This document shows positions 18,919-27,800 of a DNA stretch of 64,000 nt, in pieces. Source of the DNA: Myxococcales bacterium (GTDB lineage Bacteria; Myxococcota_A; Polyangia; Polyangiales; DASUME01); contig JASGJH010000001.1 in the NCBI GenBank assembly GCA_047601445.1, forward strand, positions 256,001-320,000, written 5' to 3'. A program made the position numbers and the translations under genes. The notes under the pieces are model-generated. The model ran no database searches. It was not told the origin of the DNA and saw only the letters and a program-made list of their open reading frames with translations. The number at the start of each line of letters is the position of its first letter. Position 1 is the stretch's first letter.

Positions 18919-21366
18919 ATGGTGGATCTCGGCGCGGACGTCCGAGCCCTGTTGGCCCAAGCGCAGCGCGCGGCCCAGCGGCTCAATCAGCAGGCGACAA
19001 CCACGGGACACATCGTGCTCGCCATGCTCGAGTCCCGGGAAGACACGGGTCGCTTGTTGGAGGCGCACGGCGCGCGGGCGGTGACGCTGTACGAGAGCCT
19101 GAAGGACGTGGAGCCCGAGGCGAGCAACATGGTGGAGCTCGCTCTGGAGCGCGCCCGACGCATCGCCGCCCAGTCGGGATCACGCAAGGCACGTCCACTT
19201 CACTTGTTGTTGGCCACCTTGCAGAACGCTCGCAGCGAAGGCTTGCGGGGCCTGGCGGTGGTCGGCGTCCCCGTGGACAACCTGCGCGGCATGCTCGAGG
19301 ACTCCCTGGGCGTGCCGGACAAGACGCGCCCCGAGCGCGGTCAGATCCGCATGGTGGCCGAGAACGCCAAGCCCGCTCTGCCCCGCACGCTGATCGATTG
19401 GGAGGCGCAGAAGCGCAGCCAGAGCGGCCCCGTTTCCAAGGCCTCAGCACCGAGCGCCAAGCCGCGCGCTCCAGTGGCGCCCGAAGCACCGGCTCCGACG
19501 GCTCCCCCGCTGCAGGCGAACGCCGCAGAAGCTGGCCCCGCGCGCGGCGTGGGCTTCGTAGTGCCGGCAGCCAAGCGTGTGCAGCCGACGACCAAGGCAT
19601 TCGTGCTCGACGGCGCGCAATTTCCGCTGCTCCAGAGCATGGGCCGCAACCTGACCCAGGAAGTCGCGGAGGGCCGCATCGACCCCGTGGTGGGCCGCGA
19701 TCGTGAGATCGAGCAGGTGCTCGACGTGTTGGCGCGCCGCAAGGCCAACAACCCCGTGCTGGTGGGGCCCTCGGGCGTGGGCAAGACGGCCATCGTGGAA
19801 GGCCTCGCGCGCCAGCTTTTGGAAGACGAAGACGGGCGCATCGTGGTCGAGGTGTCGGCCGGGGCGCTCGTCAGCGGCACCGGGGTACGCGGGGCGCTGG
19901 CCGAGAAGCTCGCGCGCCTGCGCAAGGAGGTCAAAGCGAGCGAAGGCCGCGTGCTCCTTTTCATCGACGAGATCCACGCGCTGATCGGCGCAGGCGAGGG
20001 GCCGGACGACCTGGCCAGCGAGCTGAAGGCGGCGTTGGCGCGCGGCGAGCTGCCGTGCGTGGGTGCGACCACCGAGGCCGAGTACCGCAAGGTCTTCGAG
20101 CGCGACGTGGCACTCTCGCGACGCTTTACGCGCATCGAGGTCGGTGAGCCGACCCGCGAGGCATCGCTCGCGATTTTGCAGAGCGCCGCGCTTCACTACG
20201 AGCGCTTTCACGGGGTGGCCTACGCGCGCGATGCGCTCGAGGCTGCGGTAGATCTGAGCGTGCGTTACTTGCCCGAGCAGCACCTGCCCGACAAGGCCAT
20301 CGGCCTGCTCGACCGGGCCGCCGCGCGCGCCAAGCGCCGCGGGGCCGAAGCCGTCGATCGCACGGCCGTAGCGCAGGTGGTGAGCGAGCAGGCACGGGTG
20401 CCGCTCGAGCGACTCTTGATGCGCGACAAGGAGCGCCTGCTGGCGCTGGAGGACACGCTCGGCTCCCGAGTCATCGGGCAGCGTGGAGCCATCGATCGCG
20501 TCGCCGAGTCGATCCGCAAGGGCGCGGTGGGGTTGCGCGGCGCGCGGCCACTGGGCGTGTTTTTGTTCCTGGGCTCCACCGGGGTGGGCAAGACCGAGCT
20601 CGCCAAGGCCCTCAGCGAGGAGCTGTTCGCCACGAGTGGCATGACGCGGCTCGATATGAGCGAGTACAGCGAGAGCCACGCGGTGGCGCGCCTATTCGGG
20701 GCACCTCCGGGCTATGTGGGCCACGAGGAGGGCGGACAGCTCACGGAAGCGGTGCGCAAGAAGCCCTATCAGTTGATCTTGCTGGATGAGATCGAGAAGG
20801 CGCATCCGGATGTGCTGCTCGCGATGTTGCCGTTGTTCGACGAGGGGCGCCTGACCGATGGGCGCGGTCGCACCGTGGACTTCACCAACACGGTGATCGT
20901 GCTGACCTCGAACCTGGGGGTCGCGCAGGTCAGCCGTGCCAAGTCGATCGGCTTCGGGAGCGAGGCTGCACAGGCCATGGACAACATGGCTCAACGGACC
21001 TTGGACGCGGTGCGCGCGGCGTTGGCGCCCGAGGTCTACAACCGTCTCGACGAGGTGATCTACTTCCCTCGCTTGAGCCGAGGCGCCGTGGGCCAGATCG
21101 CACACCGCATGCTGGCGGGGGTGAAGTCGGCCCTGCTGAGAGAGCAGGGGATCGAGCTGCTCATCGAGGACAGCACGGTGGATGCGCTCATCGAGGCGGG
21201 CGGCTACGACCCGGAGCTGGGCGCGCGGCCCCTGCGCCGGACCGTCGGGAGGGAGCTCGAATCCCCCCTCGCCAGCGCCGTCCTGCGGGGGGAGTTCGAG
21301 CGTGGCGCAAAGGTGCGCGTGTGGGGCGAAGGGGCGCGGATTCAGCTGGCGGCGATGGGCGGTTAG
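18919..21366 (+). CDS. Clp/Hsp100 ATPase (ClpA/ClpC-like, two AAA+ modules)
   Basis: Clp N-domain, GPSGVGKT/LLFIDEIH, GSTGVGKT/LLDEIEKAH, GAPPGYVG pore loop, IGF loop, GARPLRR. Confidence 0.92.
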   Translation: MVDLGADVRALLAQAQRAAQRLNQQATTTGHIVLAMLESREDTGRLLEAHGARAVTLYESLKDVEPEASNMVELALERARRIAAQSGSRKARPLHLLLATLQNARSEGLRGLAVVGVPVDNLRGMLEDSLGVPDKTRPERGQIRMVAENAKPALPRTLIDWEAQKRSQSGPVSKASAPSAKPRAPVAPEAPAPTAPPLQANAAEAGPARGVGFVVPAAKRVQPTTKAFVLDGAQFPLLQSMGRNLTQEVAEGRIDPVVGRDREIEQVLDVLARRKANNPVLVGPSGVGKTAIVEGLARQLLEDEDGRIVVEVSAGALVSGTGVRGALAEKLARLRKEVKASEGRVLLFIDEIHALIGAGEGPDDLASELKAALARGELPCVGATTEAEYRKVFERDVALSRRFTRIEVGEPTREASLAILQSAALHYERFHGVAYARDALEAAVDLSVRYLPEQHLPDKAIGLLDRAAARAKRRGAEAVDRTAVAQVVSEQARVPLERLLMRDKERLLALEDTLGSRVIGQRGAIDRVAESIRKGAVGLRGARPLGVFLFLGSTGVGKTELAKALSEELFATSGMTRLDMSEYSESHAVARLFGAPPGYVGHEEGGQLTEAVRKKPYQLILLDEIEKAHPDVLLAMLPLFDEGRLTDGRGRTVDFTNTVIVLTSNLGVAQVSRAKSIGFGSEAAQAMDNMAQRTLDAVRAALAPEVYNRLDEVIYFPRLSRGAVGQIAHRMLAGVKSALLREQGIELLIEDSTVDALIEAGGYDPELGARPLRRTVGRELESPLASAVLRGEFERGAKVRVWGEGARIQLAAMGG

Positions 21367-21393
21367 TCGGGGGTTGCAGAAGGCGCAAACCCC

Positions 21394-22809
21394 GTGGCAG
21401 AACCCACGGCTGTGACGTTTTCCGCCCCTCCGCGCCCTGGCCCTTCGGAACATCCTGGTCCGATGCCACGTGTGTTCGGTCGCTACGTGTTGTTCGACCG
21501 GATCGGCCGCGGGGGCATGGCCAACATCTTCCTGGCACGGGCGGACACCTCGCTCGGCGGCTCGCGCTTGTGTGTCGTCAAACAGATCCTGACCGAGCTG
21601 GGCAAAGACTCGAATTTCGAGCGCGCTTTGATCGCCGAGGCCAAGCTGGCGGCGCGTTTGACCCACGCCAACGTGGTTCAGGTGTTCGACCTGGGGCGAG
21701 AAGGCGACCGCTTGTTCATCGCCATGGAGTACGTGGAGGGGTTCGACCTCAACCAGCTCCTACGCGCACTCTCCAAGGCCCAGCTCGCGTTGCCCGCCGA
21801 GTTTGCGCTGTTCGTGATCCGCGAGGTGCTGCGAGCCCTGGATTATGCGCACCGCGTGAAGGACAACGAGGGGCGCCCGCTGGGGCTCGTGCATCGCGAC
21901 GTGTCGCCCTCGAACGTGCTGATTTCGTTCGAGGGCGAGGTCAAGTTGTGCGACTTCGGCATCGCCCGTGCCATGAGTGCGCACGACGAGGAGTCCGAGA
22001 TCTCGGTGCCTCGCGTGGTCGGCAAGAGCGCCTATATGGCGCCGGAGCATGCGCGGGGGGAGCCCATCGATGCGCGGGCGGACGTGTTCGCCGCGGGCAT
22101 CCTGCTGTGGGAGCTCGCCGCGGGACGCCGCCTGTACCGGGGCAGCGAAGAGGAGATGCTGAATCAGGCCAAGCAGGCCGAGGTGCCGCCGCTGCCGGAG
22201 CGCGGACTGCCCGAGCAGGCCAAGCTGCAAGCGGTGCTCAATCGCGCCCTGGCGCGCTATCGGGACGATCGATTCCAGAGCGCAGCGGAATTCCTGCGAG
22301 CCCTCGAGGACTACGCAGTGCAGGCGCGCTTGATGGCTTCCCAGCTGCGCTTCGGTAGCTTCCTGACCGGTCACTTTGCGCAGGAAATCGTGGAGCTGCG
22401 GCGCGGGCGCGAGGTGGCGGCGCGGGCCTATCAATCCGAGATCCCACCGCACAGCGCGGACTCGGGGGAGGAAGCGACAGGGGCGCACCACGAAGGGGCG
22501 CGCGACAAGGCGCGCATGTGGAGCGAGCCCGGGGCCCTCGACGGTTCGGCTCCCACGCTCGATGCGAGCGCCACCTTGCGCGATGCGCCGCCCGCGGAGG
22601 CAGCTCGCGAGCGTGCGTTGGGGGCGAGCAGTGTGTCGGAGGCCGAGCTCGATCGCTCGCTGCTCGGGCTCGACGCGGCGGCTCAGCAGGGGGCGCCCGC
22701 CAAGACTCCCTCGGTGCCTGCCCGGGCCGCTAGCCGCTCCGAGTGGGTCTGGTACGCGGCGGCCGCCGCCATCCTCTTGCTCGGTCTACTGGGTTACGTC
22801 TTCCGCTGA
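21394..22809 (+). CDS. Ser/Thr protein kinase with C-terminal TM helix
   Basis: GRGGMA, HRDVSPSN, DFG, YMAPE; hydrophobic C-terminus. Confidence 0.93.
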   Translation: MAEPTAVTFSAPPRPGPSEHPGPMPRVFGRYVLFDRIGRGGMANIFLARADTSLGGSRLCVVKQILTELGKDSNFERALIAEAKLAARLTHANVVQVFDLGREGDRLFIAMEYVEGFDLNQLLRALSKAQLALPAEFALFVIREVLRALDYAHRVKDNEGRPLGLVHRDVSPSNVLISFEGEVKLCDFGIARAMSAHDEESEISVPRVVGKSAYMAPEHARGEPIDARADVFAAGILLWELAAGRRLYRGSEEEMLNQAKQAEVPPLPERGLPEQAKLQAVLNRALARYRDDRFQSAAEFLRALEDYAVQARLMASQLRFGSFLTGHFAQEIVELRRGREVAARAYQSEIPPHSADSGEEATGAHHEGARDKARMWSEPGALDGSAPTLDASATLRDAPPAEAARERALGASSVSEAELDRSLLGLDAAAQQGAPAKTPSVPARAASRSEWVWYAAAAAILLLGLLGYVFR

Positions 22810-23630
22810 GGCGTACGGCGGCTGGGCTTCGCGTACTCGGCGAGCACTGCGCGCATGCGTCGGGCATCGCGCGCGGACAGGCCTGCTTCTTCAGCGCACG
22901 CGATGACCAGCGGCTGCAGGCTCGCGTAGGCGCGTGCGCGGGCGGGGCCAAGCGCGCGTAGGGCTCGGAGATGGGCGCCCACGGTACTCGCATCGCCGCG
23001 TACCACGGGGCCGGTGAGCGCTCCCGGAATGCCTACGCGGCCGACGTTCTCGGCCACGCTCCGCAGCAAGCCGGCGAGTGCCTGCTCGGCTGCTGGGCGG
23101 GCAAAGCCCAGGGCGAGCAGGATTCGCAGGCCTTCCCCGACCAGCGCAGCGCCTCCGTTGGCCACCAGGGCCGCTGCGGCATGGTAGCTGGGCCCGAGGC
23201 GTGCGGCCTCGAGGGTACGGGCCCCGAGGATCCTCGCGAGACGTTGGGCCGAGCGTTTGGCGCGTGCATCGCCCGTGGTGACGAAAGTGGTGCCCCCGAG
23301 GGTGGGCGGACGAGCTCGGTCGGCGAACGAGACCAAGGGATGCATGGTACCGATGGCGAGCCCCTTACCCCGCAGCGCGGCGAGCTCCTCGTGGGCGCGC
23401 GCGCCCGCGCAGTGAAGCGCGCAGGCACCGGCGGGCAGCTCGAGCGTCGCGAGGGCCTCCGCGGTTAGGGCGAGGGCGGCGTCCGGGACGGCCAGCAGGT
23501 ACACATCGGCTTGCGGGACGCTGCGCCAGGGCGGACGACCTCGCAGCTGAACCACCGGGCACTTCGCGCGGCGCAGGGCTCGGGTCAGTGAGGTGCCCAC
23601 CTTGCCTCGGCCCAGCACGCAAACCCTCAC
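22794..23630 (-). CDS. Rossmann-like / DUF2520 oxidoreductase (PanG-like)
   Basis: GRGKVG, LLAVPD, HCAGA, MHPLVSF, YHAAAALVAN, ALTGPVVRGD..TV..HL; GTG start overlaps the nadD stop. Confidence 0.85.
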   Translation of the reverse strand: MRVCVLGRGKVGTSLTRALRRAKCPVVQLRGRPPWRSVPQADVYLLAVPDAALALTAEALATLELPAGACALHCAGARAHEELAALRGKGLAIGTMHPLVSFADRARPPTLGGTTFVTTGDARAKRSAQRLARILGARTLEAARLGPSYHAAAALVANGGAALVGEGLRILLALGFARPAAEQALAGLLRSVAENVGRVGIPGALTGPVVRGDASTVGAHLRALRALGPARARAYASLQPLVIACAEEAGLSARDARRMRAVLAEYAKPSRRTPQRKT

Positions 23631-24229
23631 GGGGGCGCTCCTCCGCCGCCGTACAGGCCGTGCTCGCGCGCGTAGTGCACCACGGCGCTCGGCACGCGAT
23701 CGATGGGCTCCTCGCCGCGGGCCAGCGCGAGGCGCACGTCGGTGGAGCTGATCTCCGGCAGCACGGGACCTTGATAGGGTGCGGCCTTGGCGAGATGCCC
23801 ACCGCGCTGGGCCACCAGCAGCGGGGCACGCTTGGTGATTTCTTCGAAGCCCTGCCAGTGGGCGCTCTCGGCGAGGATGTCGGTGCCCACCAAGAGGCGC
23901 AGCGCGTGGTGCGGATGGCTGGCAGCGAGGGTCTCGACCAAACGCAACGTGCGGCTGACCCCGCCGAGCTCGCGTTCGAGCTCCGACACCTCGACGCGCC
24001 GCAGGTCGCGGAAGGCGAGGCGGCACATTTCGACGCGCTCCGCGAACGGGCTCAACGGCTTGCCGAAGGCGTGTTGGAAGACGGGTAGCACCAGCACGCG
24101 CTCCACGTGTTCCACGCTCAAGGCATAGGCGGCGAGATACACGTGGCCCAGGTGAGGTGGATCGAAACTGCCACCGAACACGGCGATTTGGGGCCGGCTC
24201 CCGGCCGCTACGGCGGCCCCGTCGCTCAT
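23627..24229 (-). CDS. nadD: Nicotinate-nucleotide adenylyltransferase
   Basis: VFGGSFDPPHLGH, LLVGTD, W, EISSTDVR, V..Y..EHGLY. Confidence 0.9.
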   Translation of the reverse strand: MSDGAAVAAGSRPQIAVFGGSFDPPHLGHVYLAAYALSVEHVERVLVLPVFQHAFGKPLSPFAERVEMCRLAFRDLRRVEVSELERELGGVSRTLRLVETLAASHPHHALRLLVGTDILAESAHWQGFEEITKRAPLLVAQRGGHLAKAAPYQGPVLPEISSTDVRLALARGEEPIDRVPSAVVHYAREHGLYGGGGAPP

Positions 24230-24840
24230 GACTGAACCACCAGGCGGGCCTGGCGTGAGAGCAGCACGTCGCGCCCTGCAGGCTCCCCCGTCTGCGGGTT
24301 GAACTGCGCGATCGCCAGGCTGCCTTCGGCCTCGGGCTCGATCACGGCGATACGGCCAGCTTTGAGCGGGCCGGGCGTGAAAAACGTGCGTGGTCCGAAG
24401 CGGTTGAGCGCGCAGGCCTTGCTGCGGCCGTACACCACGAGGAACGCGTTGGCGATGTCCTCTTCGTCGAGCAGCGACTTCTCGTGCACGAACAGTACGA
24501 CCTTGTCGTCGAACACTTCGACGGCGCGCGCGGGCGGTGGTGGCAAGCAACGCAGCGCACTCAGGCGTCGAACGTCGTCGTCGCGCGCGAGCAACGCTCG
24601 AATGCTGCCCGCGTCCCCTGTCAGGGCGAGCTTGGCTGCCTGGTCCAGGAACGCTTCCTCACCCGCGCCCTCCTGTCCCATGACTTGCTGCGCCCACAGC
24701 TCGACCACCTGCTCCACGGCGCCGTCGTTGGGGCCCAGGTAGACGGCCTGATCCACGCCGTAGTCACGCAACAAGAACTCGGCGGCTTCGCGAAGCAGCG
24801 TGAGATTCCCGTCCGCGGGACCGAGCAGGCCAATGCGCAT
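24226..24840 (-). CDS. Degenerate calcineurin-like metallophosphoesterase (YfcE-like fold, metal ligands lost)
   Basis: MRIGLLGPADGNL, DQAVYLGP, LFVH, LVVYGRSK, FTPGPL are colinear with the metallophosphoesterase motifs. Confidence 0.55.
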   Translation of the reverse strand: MRIGLLGPADGNLTLLREAAEFLLRDYGVDQAVYLGPNDGAVEQVVELWAQQVMGQEGAGEEAFLDQAAKLALTGDAGSIRALLARDDDVRRLSALRCLPPPPARAVEVFDDKVVLFVHEKSLLDEEDIANAFLVVYGRSKACALNRFGPRTFFTPGPLKAGRIAVIEPEAEGSLAIAQFNPQTGEPAGRDVLLSRQARLVVQS

Positions 24841-24845
24841 CGCGG

Positions 24846-27800
24846 CTAGCGGCGCTCTGCGCCGGCACGCTGGCGCGCTTCGAAGTGGGTTTCGGCGATG
24901 GCGAAGCTCAAGAGGTCCTTGGCCTCTTCGATTTCACTGAGCACCGAGGCCTGCGGGCGCGCCAGGTTGACGATGCCACCGAGCTTGATCAAGGCACCGA
25001 GGGCAGCCGGCATCGAGCCGGTCGCGAGCAGTGCCGCGCGGTTGGCGGCGGCGCTGGCGAGCGAGTAGGCGCGGGTGAGATCGAGCTCGGGTTGTCCAGC
25101 GAGCTCCACGGCATGCGGCAACATGTCTTCGCGGGCGCGCTTCGAGAGGTGTTTGCCGATGCGGCGGGCCATTTCGTCAAGCATGGCGGTTTCGACTCCA
25201 GGGACCCGATAGTCTGGCACTTGCGCCGCGATCAGGCCGCCCAGGAGCGGGCTCATTTCTTCCGGACGCAGTCGACAGGTGATGCTCATCTGGGAACGCG
25301 CGATCTTGCAGGCGCGCGCCACCAAGAAGCGCTGCTCCTGGGGCGAAAGCGCGCCCAGGATGGTGCGACCGACGAGGATCTGGAAGGGAGCCTCGCTGAC
25401 CGGGACGAACGCGTAGGGCAGCTGGGAAGTCACGAAGACCTCGGCGTCTCCCAGGCCTGACGTCTTGGCGAATTCGCTCGCCACGGCCCGCAGCGGGTGC
25501 TTGCGCTCGAGCTTCTCGCCCGCGAGCAGCTTGATGTCGAGCGGCTGCGCGCGATTCATGGCTTCGGCGCCGTGGCGGAACAGGATGCGTACGGATCCCG
25601 GCAGCAGATCCGTGAACACGAGGTCATCGAGCAGTTCGCTGAAGGCTGCCGTGCCCAGGCCGTTGGTGCCGCCGTCTGCGTCGAGCAGGCGCGACAGCTT
25701 GGCATCGGCGAGACCCAGGGCAGAGGCTGCCGACGCGACTGCGCTGGCGGCGTCCTTGCGGCCCCTCTGTTCGAGGACCTCGACCAGCGTGGACCACAGC
25801 TCGGCGACGTCGGGCTGGGTCTGGAGCGCGTGGCGCAGGTCGTTCGCCGCGCGGTTGAGATGCATCGCCAGCGCGCTCTGAGCCTGCCGGCGTCGGTAGA
25901 ACTCGGCCTGGGCACGCAACACCGTGAGGTCGGTGGGAGTGCCCTTGCGCAGGCGCTCCAGCACCTCCTCGGCACCCCTGAAGTCTGCGGCGTCTTCCTT
26001 GAGCTTCGAGAGCTCGAAGGCAACATCGCGGCGTTGATCCGCGCGCTCGGCGACCTGCATCAGGCGCTCGAGCGATTCTGCAGCGAGATCGATCTGGCCG
26101 CCGCGCTTGAGCAGCGCCGAGAGCTTCTCGAGCGCGCGCTGGTGCTTGGGAGCGAGCTTGATCACGCGGCGGTAGGCCGCCTCGGCACGGCGCGGATCCG
26201 GCAGGTGCTCGTCGTAGATCTCGCCGAGCTTGTAGAACACGTCGCAGAGCTCGTCCGGGTCGCGTGAGAGGCGCGCCATGCGCACCAGGATTTCCGCGCG
26301 CTCGCGCTGGTTGTTGGCGCGGTCGAGTAGGCCTTCGAACTGTGAGAGCGCGGGCAAGTCCTCGGGCAGGAGCTCGAGCGCCGAGCGCAGCACGTTGACG
26401 GCCTTGTCGAGCCCGTCCTGCTTCTCGTAGAGCTGGGCGAGCTTGCGCGCGAGCTCGACCCGTAGTTGGGGCGCCTGAGCCGCGTTCAAGCGTGCCTCGG
26501 CGAGCGCCACCAGACCCGAGAGGTCGTTGTGACCGGACAGCAGCAGCTCGAGCCGCGCCTGCACGTCCTTGTAGGCGATGTCCGCTTCGGCGGCGCGCTG
26601 GTAGGCCTCGCGTGCGCGGTCGGGGGCGTTCAGCTGCTCCTGCAGCAAGATGCCAGCGCGATAGTTGAGGCGCGCCACGCGGCGCTTGGTGTGCGAACTA
26701 CGAGCCGCTTCGGCGAACAGGTCCGCTGCTTCGGCGAGCTGTCCGTTCGCCTCATGGGCCTCTGCCAGCGTCTCCACCAACGTCGGGTGGGTCGGGACGA
26801 GCTCACGCATGGCCCCCAGGGCCTCGGTGGCACCACTGCCGGGCGTGCGCGCGAGCAGGGCCACCGCTTGCACGGCGAGCGTGCTGAGCTCGGCCTGGTC
26901 GCTGACCGACGCCGACGTGAGTTCCGCCGCCTTCCGAATCGCCGATACGTCGCCGCGCGCTGCGCCCGTCGCCATCAACTGACGACCGAGCCAGAGGCCG
27001 CGACCAGCCTTCATGCCGCTCTCGAGGATCAGCTCGTCGAGGCGCTCGGTGGGCTTCTCGGGGCCGCGCAGCGCTAGCAGGCTCATCAACCGCAAGCGCG
27101 CGAGCCGGTCCTTGGCTCCGGCGCTCGTGGCCGCGAGCCGCTCCTCGACCTCCCAAAGAGCGTCGAGGTCGTTGGCGCCCATGGCATGGCGCTCGAGCAC
27201 ACGCAGGGCCGCCGGGTGCTGGGGCACCAGCGCGAGGAGGCTGCGCGCGAAGCTCAGCTGTTCACCTGGGTCGCCGCCACCGGTGGCCTCGAGCAGAGCT
27301 TCGAGCGCTTTCCGCTGGGCCCGCGGCTCAACCGCCGCGGCCAGACCACGGCGCTTCTGCTCGGCGAGCTGACCCGCCTTGCCAGCTGCGCGCGCCACTC
27401 GCTCGACACCCATTTCGGCGATTGGATCGTTGGGCTGCTCCTGCAATACGGCTTCGAACAGGGCCAGCGCACGAGCCGGCTGACTCGCGTCTTCGAAGGC
27501 TGCGGCCGCCGCCAGCGTGGCGGGACGCTTGAGCGCCAGGGGGGCACGTTCGGCGCTGCTCTGCAGGGCCTCCGCCCGCAGGGTGGCGGGCACCGCGTCG
27601 CCGAGCCGGATCACGAGCTCGCGCAGCACCGGGTCGCTCGGCATCAAATCGAGCGCTCGTGTGAGCTGAGCAGCCGCGGCATCGGCGTCATCGCCCGCGC
27701 GCACCAGGGCTGCGCGCACCAGGTGCGCGATGGCTTCGTGGGGATCCTTGGCGCGACCCGCTTCGCGAGCGTGCAGGTTCGATAGCCGCTCCACGTCGCC

